From Setoptus koraiensis (taxonomy: Eukaryota > Animalia > Arthropoda), in assembly GCA_048013815.1 (NCBI GenBank), contig CM106586.1, positions 24,180,001-24,244,000 of the forward strand: a stretch of DNA of 64,000 nt. Reading direction: 5' to 3'. Both the position numbers and the translations under genes were made by a program. Under the pieces are notes generated by a model. It was not told the DNA's origin and made no database searches. It was given only the letters and a program-made list of their open reading frames with translations. Of the stretch, positions 52,695 to 64,000 are shown one piece after another; the first letter of the stretch is position 1; every line of letters starts with the position of its first letter.

Positions 52695-55600
52695 TATCTA
52701 TTATGCAACGCACACACACACACACATGTAATAAATTCACTATTTAGCACGGATTCACACGCACACCGTACGTTGCGTAAGATGAACAGGGAACACGCGC
52801 AAACAGGCGTGGCCTGCACGTAGCCCGTGGCATATTGTTACATTATATTGGGCGCATGGTTTGCATGAGGTTTGGTGCTCGCAACTGTTGGTACACAGTG
52901 CGATGTAATACAGTGTGATGTAATACAATGTGATGTAATACGGACAGTTTACAGCAGAGTGAGAGTGAGAGTTGCACAATCACAGTGTTGCAAACAGTGT
53001 GCATACACACTCCATATAAACACGTGCTCGCCATTGAGCATATTGCACGAAATGGCACAACGTGTGCATCGATATGCCATTTCATCGTCATCGTGCTCAT
53101 TGTTGTTGGGTCAGTCTGAGATTGTTATTGCCATTATTGGCCGATGTTGGCGCTCTCAATCTTTGCAAAACTTGTATTCAGGTGAGTGCAACATAATATA
53201 CAACATAATACATATAAAAGTGTGTATATGTGTGTTTATAAGTATAAGTGGACGAGAGATAATCGACAGTTATCGCCTTGTTGTTGTTGCGTTGTGCAGC
53301 TCGCTCTATCTGTTGCAAGCACCAATAAAACACCACTCAATCGCGTATATCGCGTCTATCACGTAATAGCAATAGTTATAGCTATAGCGAGATAATGATT
53401 ATGATTGATGAGTGGCTTAAAAGTAAAAGTTGTGCCAGCCACTGCCCAACAAGGTGTGCAAATGGTGCACACTGGTGCAGACTGGTGCGAGTGGCGCAAA
53501 CTGGTGCAAATGCTAAACCAGATAAGCAATCTTGCAAGGTGTCCAATTTAATTGTTGCAACTTGCAAGTTGCTTCCAATTGATTCCAATTGGAGCGGCCG
53601 CATCAATTTAGATGTCTCGCACACAATTGCAAAATGCCCTGCTCGCATACTTAAAACTGACCACAATAATACTCATAAATGCGTCAGTGGTCACTATTTC
53701 TGTTGTGTATTATTGTGTATTATCGTGCATTATGTGTGTGCTGCAATAGCGAGTGGACCAACATTGATATTGATTATTATTACGAGTGTATAGATATTTC
53801 GCCTGCCACAGACAACATAATCTCAACACACACACACACACAAGGTGAATATTCACAATTTGAACACAACAACAATTACAATTGCTATTGTTGTGATTGT
53901 TTATTATTATGTTAGCCAGCAACAGTGACAGATGAGCAATAATAGACAGATAAAAAGATGATGTGGCGCTCCCAATCACTGACCAGTGGTCAGTGTATTC
54001 AATTGTGAGCCTGTTTTATGTAATATTATATAATGCGCGCATGTGTTGCCAATGTGGGCATGATATTGGCCAAACAAGCTGGCACAGTTGTGTAAAGTGG
54101 CACAGTCACATGCAATTGGCACATACATTTACAGTGGCTAGGTGGGCAACACGATTAGCTGCTGACTTTCAACTTTTAATCACAACAACAGACAGGTAGA
54201 CAGTTTAATTGGCCATGGTCAATTGTACAAGTGTTACCAGAGTATTACATAATCTTTGTTTTTAATCATCATCATCACGTATGTATGCATGCATGTAGAC
54301 AACAACGACTAGCTTTACAGCACAACCTGTCGACTTAACTGATGATAGTCAGATCTGCTCAGGTCTGCTCAGGGATAATATTGGTGTGTTATGCAACCGT
54401 TGGTTGCTATTGCTTGAGAGCACAATGTAATGTAAATAACAATTGCTATACATTTGTGTATAAGCTAACAAGTGGTCACTAGTGCATGGTCTAGATAACA
54501 TTAGATATAAAGCCCATGGCAATTACATAACATTGCACAACATGATAAAATAACAATTTGCCCATGATTAAACACTTTTTACATGCGATTGTCATCGGTG
54601 CTATATAGATATAAATATTTATATCGCCGCTCTGATGGTAACTGACTGACTGGGCAACAAGACGACAATTTAATGGCGATGATGACCATGTAACAATCAA
54701 CATTACAATCAACAGAGTGCCACTATACCTACTTATACCAACCATGGGAACGATAAAAACAACCGACAGCCACAACTGTTTAAAACAATAATCCATGCAT
54801 ATATAGAGCGATTTGTTTGTGTGTCCATACTGGCACAACAATTGATATTTATAGGAGCGCGGCACACATTGTAACTATCTGGCCAGACAACGACAGCAAC
54901 AACAACAGCAACAACAACAGCGACAACAACAGCAACAACAACAGCGACAACAACAGCAGCAACAACAGCGACAACAACAAGTTAATCAAAATCAATGGAT
55001 AATACTAAAACAATGACACGGCAAGGATAATTGGCACACAAGCACAAACAATCCGGTTGTCGCTTTGTTTGTTTTGGTCGCTCTCATTATTGTTGCAGCG
55101 CGTCAACAACAACAGCAACAGCAACAACAACAACCACAGTTTGACTATCGAGCCACCCCGGCCAAGCGAATAATTGTGAGAATGGGCTGCATAAAATGTT
55201 GTCTTGGTGCTAATTTTGCCATCGCCATGCAATTGAGTGCTTTCAATAAAATAAGTTGTCGGCTGGAAGCAATCGCTAGATCGATGCTTGCCGATTGTTG
55301 CTTGTTGCCGAGATTGATCTAGTTATGTCTAGATGTGGTTGTATTATGTGTTGTTGTTTGGTTGTTGTTTGGCTGTTGCTCAGCTGACTCAACTTACCTG
55401 AAGCTGCTGCTGCTGCTGTAAACATTGTGTGTGTGGCAGTTGTTTAAATCGACTCTATAACTGCAAATGGTGGCGTAATCTTGTTGTACTTGTTGGCCAG
55501 GTGAGTGAGTCACATTACAGTGTCCCGTACAGTTGGCTAAGTTTTAAGCTAAGAGTTTGTTCTCGAAAAGTTATTTTTTCTTGTTTGGTGGGGGCGAGCA

Positions 55601-57514
55601 GTTAGTGAGAAGTAAGTCAGAGTCAGAGTGAGTCAAAGTCACACTCATCACAGTGTGTAAAGTAAGGCGAGTGAGAAAAGTTGGATCAATGGGCCAACAA
55701 TCGCCGATCGATCGATCAAAATGGATAAGTAACGAGAGCGAATAATAATCAGCTTGCTGTCATGCTCATCGTCTCACGCTGGATCAGCCAGCGCTTGTTG
55801 TTGTTGTTGTTGTTGTTGGACAGTTGTTGTTGTTGTTGTTGGACAGTTGTTGTGGTTGGTGTGGTTGTTGCTACTAACACAAGTTGCTGCAAGCACAAAC
55901 TGTGCTTGTTGTTGCAGCAACACACAAGCGGTGGTTGGTGTGGTTGTTGCAAACACAGGTGATAGAAAAAGTGATAACTATTCAATTCAAATATTCAGAC
56001 GAAATGTTGCAACACACCAGTTTCCAGCACTAACAACTACAGGCCAACAACAGTGATAACTAGACACACAACAATCTATCAAAATGTGCCATTGTGTGAA
56101 GACGTAATTAGAATTGTTAACCGCAATTCGCCAGCCGCTATTTGAATGTTGATTGGACGGGATGAGATGAGATGCGAGCGCAACAACAACCACACCAACA
56201 GCAACACTAACAGTGACAGCGACAACAACAACGACAACAACAACAACGACAACAAGACAGAGAATGAGGGCCAAATGAAAAGAATTGTAGCACGGTACTG
56301 TTATTATCGGCGTTGTTGTTACGAGTCGATCGCTAGCAAATTGTAAAATTTTGCTTTGGTCAGTTGGTGTGAGTCGTATCGTTGCAGGGGACACACACAC
56401 AAAACACTTGTCGTCTTGTTAGCGTCGTTGCTGGTTTATCCGCCAGATATCAATGCGCGTGCTTGCAATGCCATCAATCACTTCACTTGACACACATTAT
56501 TAACTCATCAAGCGAATAATATTCTCATATCTCATTCTCTCATGCGATATGAGAATATTATTTCCACTGCGATATTTCCACTGCAATATTTTCACTGCGA
56601 CCGTCGATGAGATGTTTTGCGAGTCGTTTCGCGAGCTGTTTTGTGGCGCGCCAGAAATAACTCAATTACGGTTGCGATAACATGAGCTGGCAAACGAAAA
56701 CAGCAAACGGATAAATGCGTGCAGCTCCAGTAATTAACACGTTGTCTAAGCTGGCTCGCGAACTCTATTGGTGGCATCCCAATTGCGAGCCGATATCTCA
56801 ATTCACAAAAGACTCTCTTTGCACTGCAGGCCAGCATACCAACGATAATGCAAAAGAAACACAAAGCGCACGAGCAGCAAAAGTGCTCAATTGTACCACT
56901 GGTCAGCAATGATCCACTGTGGTCAGTTTGAGTGTGCCCGTTTGACGGTGCACCGGTGCATCGCACGACAATTGACTGCAAACAAGTTGTTTCTATCACC
57001 AACAACAATGCACCTTTTGATGCACCATTTGTACCATTTGCACCATTCGAACCATTTGATTTGAGTTGCAGCAAACTCAGGTGCTGATAACAGCAACAGC
57101 AACAGTAACACCAGCGCTATGAAGAGAGTGTATCATTGTGATCAACTAGATGATCGCGCCAACAACAACCACAACAACAACAACATCAAATGATGATCGA
57201 TAACGATGAGCAATTCAACAATGACACTCCGTGCGCGCATAATAAATACGCGCCACAAATAATAATCTAAATCACGATGACCAATGGTCAGTGTTGTTGT
57301 ATCCATGGCAGCGCATGTGTGTTGCTGTTGCCAGAAAGAAAGTGCCACTCATTGTTATCAATTGGCAATGTGTTGTCAAGCGCTCAAATTGAGACCAATA
57401 TCAAATGAGATTATCACTCTATTATCATTACTATTATTGTTCGTTGCTCGATCATGTTTTTTGCCTTTGCGCCTATCGTTGCCGTTGCGCTCATCCTTGG
57501 CTCGCTTGTTCGTT

Positions 57515-57595
57515 CTTCCGAATTTCGAATTTGCAACTTGCGATTTCGAATATCGAACTGGCAACTCCGAATACCGAACTTGCAATTCCGAATCG
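57515..57595. repeat. Degenerate about 21-bp tandem repeat built from CGAA-containing 7-mers
   Basis: ccgaatttcgaatttgcaact...ccgaataccgaacttgcaatt; a similar array occurs at 63953-64000. Confidence 0.6.
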
Positions 57596-59944
57596 CCAAA
57601 TGACGCTCAACGGCCAGTCAAATGTTGCCGATGCAACAACAGTGTTCAGACGCTAGGCGGCGCAAATTTGTGGCAAGTGTCATGAGGTTGGTAGTGCCAA
57701 CGTGCATTTAGCATGAACTCCAGTGACTAGACTCTGGTCACCAGAGGCATGACCACTAATGCTAATCGCTTCACACTGACCACAGACACATGCTTGCAGT
57801 AATAAACGGTTGCAGTAATATATATGCAAATGATTGCAATTTTTATCCGTTTATTATTCTCGAGTGACCCAACTCAACGCTGGCTCATCACTGACAAACT
57901 CACAAGATTCGCCAATTGTCATTGCCATTGTGAATGAATGACGCATTGTGAGACATGACAAGTTTGGGTCGCAAAGAATGACAGCAGCAGCAGCAGCAGC
58001 GGCACAAAGAGACAAATGGTGCATATTTTATTATTTGTATGCAAATATTCATTGCGGCAGCAGCAACGCGACTCATAGCAACCTCTGCTACGAGTGGCGC
58101 AATTATAAGCTATGGATATACGATAATAATGATAGTAATAATAATAGCGATGGTATTTATTTTTGCTTTGCCAATCTCTGCTTATATCTCTGCTTGTACT
58201 TGATCACAAATACTTATCCTCTGTCATGGTAAGCAATACATGTGACTTACACAGCAATTGTGGCTGGCGTAATTGGCGCAACCATACAAGAGGAGCTTAC
58301 TTTTTGTTGTTCATTCAGCAATCATCCCAATATAATCCCTATGTCTGGATATTGCTGCCGACTGCACTCAATTCGGTGCAATTCGTTCAATTGTCGGCGT
58401 CACTTGTCCAATGATACCATCACTATCACATGTACACTGTATATAATGTATATAATGTATATAATAATGATACCATTACGTATTCATTTAATATTCCACA
58501 CAATATATATTAAGCGAGCATACAGTGCATTAGCGAGCGACCAGAATATCATGACTTTTGCAGCCGAGCTCGCTCATTCTTATTTGCACACATTGTTATT
58601 GCCTAAGCAAACAATCTCTTATTATCTCTCGCTCGCTCTACTTTTAATCCCCTTGCTCAAAACCAAACCATTACAGTGCAAACCTCAGCTATCCATGGCA
58701 ACCAAATACTCATAATACTTCCTCTTTCTTCATTTCTCTCTCTCTCCATTTCCCTCAAATGATTTGAGTCAAATCTCTGCTCATTCATAGTTGCCATAGC
58801 AATACATAGAAGTGATACGAATTGAAACTAAGCCAACTAACAATTTCCGACATTTTACTTCATCATCCGCACATTAGAATAGCAAACATGAGATTTGTTG
58901 TTGTTGATATTTAGTTGATATTTTCAAGAGTCAAGCAGGCTCAAGTGTCGACTCAGATGGCGATCGGCTCAACTCGGCTTACTCTTGCCAGACTCAGCTG
59001 TCGTCAGCTGCAGCAGCAGCACTACTGACTCGTGAGTCAGTAGCACTGACACTAGTCTACTGTACAACATGTGGTGCGACGCATGCGTAGTTGCTAGTAT
59101 CGAATATGCGTGTAAGCGATCCTATTGGCTAGCATACCCATGCGTGCATGTAATCTATACCGGCTATCTATATCAGCAGTCGGTGCAGTCTGTTGCTGTT
59201 ATTATGGCAGTCAGTTGCAGCGCATGCGTTGAGCAACAACCAATCAAATTGTTTTCATGCGCTACAAGCCCGTCACTGATAGGCTATCTATTACAGTTTC
59301 TATATCAGTTGCGTATCTTAGGCTATCAATTACACTATAATACAGTGCGAGTAGAATATAGTGTGTAAGTGATATCGCTGGCAATAGTGGCATGAGAAGT
59401 TGGTCGGCCAGCATGCGCAGATGTTTCTTTTTGTTGATTCCCTTAGTGTGTGTAGTGCGTGCGGGTGTGTGTGTGACTCATGTCATTGTCAATTGTATTT
59501 GCATATTCACTACTTTACATGTATCCAATGTATGTATGCCAACAACAGATGTTGTTAATGTTGGCGTTATGTGTGCCAGACTATGATAGAATTTCATTAT
59601 TATTTTTCTTTTCTTTTCGCTCGTTTTGCCCCCTTGCCCCCCTTTCGCGCCCCCTCCCTCTGCTACTCATGGTCATATCATCATTTCTGGGCAAAACTGG
59701 TTTCACTTGGTTGTTGCTTGTCAGTTATAGATCCTGTTATAGATGCTGGCTCAACACACACACACACGCACAACAAGCAATGACATGTCATGTGCTCATA
59801 TGTTAGCTAAAATGGTTTTGTGTTTTAGTCTGTCAAATTGACAGTGTCAATAGAGGCACAGACGGCACAGACGGCACAGAGACACGGACAGAGCAAGCGG
59901 AGAGAGCAAACAAAACCATTGTGGTGGCTGCCAACGAATGTCCT

Positions 59945-60040
59945 CCTCCTATTATTATTACTACTATTATTATTACTGTTACTACTATTATTATTACTGT
60001 TATTACTATTATTATTACTATTACTATTATTATTACTATT
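59945..60040. repeat. (TAT/TAC)n microsatellite
   Basis: Direct inspection. Confidence 0.9.
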
Positions 60041-60420
60041 ATTTGTCAGTATTCGTCGCACGTACGCGCACAGTTGTTGCGAACAAATGTAAATAATGTT
60101 GAGACGCCCAATTTCATGTCATCAGATCCACCTATAAATGACAGCAACGGGCAGAGCGCGCACAATGATGACAGGGGCATTATCACATATGAACTGTCCC
60201 AACTATCAACCAAAACCTATGGCTGCCACGGCTATTGTCAACATTTGTATTGTTTGACACTCATATCCGCTGGCCCGGCGTGTCCCCCAACTGCAAGCGC
60301 AACTAACAGGCCCGCGCCAATTTATTACACTCTATCGAACGCGACTCACTATCGGAGCCGGCGAGAAATCAATTCAAACGATGATAGTTGGCCGACCAGT
60401 TGAGCAATTATTGCCTCTCC

Positions 60421-60520
60421 TCTCTTATCCGTCGTCGCGTCTCTTATCCGTCGTCGCGTCTCTTATCCGTCGTCGCGTCTCTCCTATCCGCGGTCGTGTC
60501 TCCTATCCGCGGTCGCCTCT
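60421..60520. repeat. 19-bp GC-rich minisatellite (tctcttatccgtcgtcgcg) x3 plus 2 variants
   Basis: Direct inspection. Confidence 0.85.
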
Positions 60521-60966
60521 CTCATCTGTTGTTGGCTGATGGCGCTCGCTCGTTGCACCGCTGTTGGCGGCCACCGCGCGGACAACGCGCCAAACATACA
60601 TAGCGACAATCTCGGCCTGTCGCTATCTGTCGCTTTGGTGCGTCAACTGGCTGCAAATTTGCAGTGACTCAATTGTCACACGAGCACCACATTAGCCGCT
60701 ATCTGGCAACACGTATTAGACGACATTGGGCACAGTTAGACACAGCTACACATTTAGACACTGTCCGCCGCAGTGGGTCGCAAAAATAAGAAAAGATAGC
60801 TTGTCAACTGAACACTGTTGGTGTTGTGTTTTTTATCATTCGTTTCATCGTTCACCTTTGTCGTCAGTTGTCACGTTGGGCGCGTATCATGGCGTCTCAT
60901 CCGATCAGCTGTTGCGTTGGATTTATTTAAGCATTCTTAATTCATTCATGGTTGCGCCATGTTAAT

Positions 60967-61000
<34 letters not shown>

Positions 61001-63444
61001 TAGCACGTAGACACAAGCGAGCGACAATTTCACTGATTACTCACACATGACATTGTGTGTTCGCCATCACTGCTGATAATGAATTTATGAGCAGCAACAA
61101 TTCAAGATAAAACGCAACTGCGTCACAGTAAAAACGCAGATAATTAGTATTCATCAGATGAAAGTTGCGAACAATATGAGCATCATGCGACTGTCACATC
61201 TGTCTAATGATCGCATTCGGATCTGCGGTATTTGCGCATTCATATAGCTGCACATATGACTCGTATGATTATAGTTAGACGTTCGTTTATTTAGTTTCAC
61301 GACATTCATTTACAGCGAACAGCGGCGGTGTTGCTGGCGATTGGCTTACTCGATCGTTGACTGGAATAATGATCGGCGCCAAAAGGAAAAAAATGAACGA
61401 ATGCTGCCGGTGACACCTATGCTCACACAGTATCGTCTAATCACATTATATTTATACGGCGATGCCGCAAAAAATCATGCGCGATGCCACAGCGCGTTTT
61501 ACATTAATTAACGGCGGCTACATGCGCCGACTGACAATTGACAGTTGACAATTGTCAATTGTCAATTGTCAAATGGACATGAGCACGCAATCAATTCTCG
61601 TCACCTGCTGCGCGTCACATGCTCGTTGTGGCAACACAACACAAACAAACAAACGCAACTTGAGGTGACATCAGCTGGCAGCTTTTGGCAGCGGCTTTTG
61701 CCAGGTTGGCAGCCAATGTGACAAGCTGACTTCATTGCTGCCAATGAATGCCAACAATGAATGAACGAGGCATTGTGATGGAGCGTTGAGGCGAGACCAG
61801 AAAGAGCGCACAAAATAGCCAGTTCTCATATGAGTTTGTGCAGTGTGTTGTATCGATAGGCCCTATAATGATGATAATTAACAGTAGACAGAGAGACACA
61901 AAAATGAAGGTCATTCCTATAATATTATATATATAATATATATACATGGTACTGTTGTATATTATAGCGAACGGCAGTGGTGCATCACCATCACATCATA
62001 TATTGTGCTACACTCTAGTGCGTCTTACCTGTGCTGGCTTGTTGTCACGTCACTACATGTAGCCGGTATATCCATGCATGAATATTGTTCAGCTACACGG
62101 ATATGTCACCAGCACATGTCACCATTGGCAGCTGATCGGCGGTCATGGGCGCCAATGAGCATGACATTTGTAGTTGCTGCTAATGGTTTTTGTGTGACGA
62201 GCGGCCGGATAATATTCAATAGCAATACAACTTATATAACAAGAGTACAACAATAGTATAACAATGCCATACACACAGCATAACTATACTATAGGTAGTG
62301 ACTGGATAAATAGATGGATAGTCAGTTGTTTCAGTTGAGCGAACTCGTCGTCGGAATGCGCACCCAAAATAGACAACACACACACACACATCAGAGCGTA
62401 TAAGTTGCCATTTTTGTTGTTGTGCTTGTTGGCGCTGCTGTTGTGGTTGTCGGTGTTGTGGTTGTCGGTGTTGTTGTTGCTGTTGTTGTTGCTGCTGTTG
62501 TTGTTGGGATCCGTCATTATTTATGGTATGATATTATTTTTATTTTTGCCCAATGTGAACACACAAGAGTGTCTATACAACAGCAAGCCAACAGCACACA
62601 ACATGCGACCAGAAAAGTTTTCTTGTCTTTGTGTTATCGCTGCAACGACTTGCCTTATTGTAAATTGTTCATTTTGATGAGATAATTATTCTTCTCAGTC
62701 ACACATCTCACTCGAATCGAATCGACTCAACTCAAGTGTTCGCTGTCTCTTGATCTATCTCATGTATACATATTGCATGTATATGCAGCGTCGGCATATC
62801 CAGAGTCACTCATTCAAAGCGAATAATGGATTCTTTCTCTCTCTCTCTCTCTCGCCAGCCATGCAACTATCTGGCGAATCATCACGGTGTTCATTTGACT
62901 TTGAGTAGACACTGTCGACTAACTCAATACGCTATATATTATATGATTATGATGACTGCGACGATGACTGCCGCGATGACTGCCATGATGATTGCTATGA
63001 TGATTGCGATTGCGATGACGATGATGTACAGCGCGCCAATATGATGATGCGGCCCGCCGCATCATCCCGAGCCGCATGTATTATTTGAAGATGGCGCGAT
63101 GAGCACAACAGATTACAGACACACATCAATTAGTGGGATAATTTCTCAATATTTCTCGATATTTTCCAATATTTTCCAATATTTTTATATTGTCTAGCCG
63201 GTTGTTGGTAGTGGCTGTTCATGGCATCATAGGCAGCATCATGGCCGTCATCATAGCTACACCTGAGCTACACCCGAGCTACACCTGAGAGCCGTAGAGG
63301 TTAAAGATAAAAGACCTGGCGAGAGACTGCAGGCAACAGCCAGATATTGCTAGCTGTCTCACTGTTGATCGGGCATATCTAGCCGGCGCGATGCCATGAG
63401 ACAAGAGAGCATCGACCGATCGTTGCCATCGGGACACATACACT

Positions 63445-63463
63445 ACGACAACAACAACAACAA

Positions 63464-63516
<53 letters not shown>

Positions 63517-63545
63517 ACAACAACAACTACTACGACAACAACAAC
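63445..63545. repeat. Compound (AAC)n/(AACAGC)n microsatellite
   Basis: Direct inspection; it explains the poly-V, poly-C and poly-NS ORFs. Confidence 0.9.
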
Positions 63546-64000
63546 TACGGCCAAAGCGGCAACAACAACAAAACAAGTAATTACGCCAACAACAACAGCG
63601 CCAGCAGCATCAATAGAGCGTACGATAATTGCGAAGCTAGCGCGGGATTAGTGGTCGCGTAGTCGAACAGTGATTGATTGCAGCTACCCACGTACTATAA
63701 ACTAAAGTATAAGCTAGAAGTTATAATAAAAATCCGAGCTCTGGACAAGCTGTGTCAAGGCTGCTGTGAGAGGAACAACAACAACAATAACAAGATGATA
63801 TTGAGCGTGTGTGTGCGTTCGGACCAATCAGAAAGTGAGCTCAACTCTGATATAGGCTCACTAGACGCTACTCGCACCTGTCTCTGTGTTTAGTTACCCA
63901 GGTAAGAGCATTTAACAACAAGACAGAGCAATCTCATTCGCGGACGATACGCGAGAATTCGAATTGGCATTCGAATTGTCGAACGGGCGAACGCTCGAAT

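Noticed and set aside
57515-57595. Heat-shock element array
   Set aside because: GAA/TTC spacing is 1 nt rather than the 2 nt required by nGAAn inverted pentamers.
47495-64000. Dozens of short ORFs (poly-L, poly-V, poly-C, poly-T/H) here and in 26.7-38.4 kb
   Set aside because: They are translations of microsatellites or random frames, with no conserved motifs and no consistent splice chains.

Overview
Eukaryotic (animal) genomic DNA, most likely an arthropod with a streamlined genome. An eriophyoid-like mite is an inference from the intron-poor housekeeping genes and Q/N-inflated proteins, not a proven assignment. No rRNA, tRNA or CRISPR features were found. There are two sequence compartments. 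(1) A compact, microsatellite-free housekeeping block at about 5.8-22 kb holds small orphans, a 4-exon gene with a possible divergent NYN/PIN domain, SF3B2, DPAGT1, DDX6/me31B, MRPL32, metaxin-2 and TBC1D5. (2) The flanks are rich in (CAA)n/(CA)n repeats and hold an M14A carboxypeptidase, tyrosine hydroxylase (3 exons reconstructed), a WASP-like protein lacking WH1, and Six3/6 (Optix) with about 16 kb of upstream non-coding DNA. Most striking observation: divergently transcribed neighbours share their 5' ends through local inverted duplications. DDX6 and MRPL32 both start MD(V/A)QLRSLVK and sit inside a 2-kb palindrome whose 313-bp core is 312/313 identical. The metaxin-2 N-terminus is built from pieces of the TBC1D5 N-terminus, including part of its TBC domain. 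One or two older candidate cases lie at 6.3/6.8 kb and 9.0/10.2 kb. A decayed DNA-level copy of the same cluster at 44.1-45.5 kb is circularly permuted (MRPL32-MTX2-DDX6 3' end), as expected from a circular intermediate. All alignments and splice models were made by eye.
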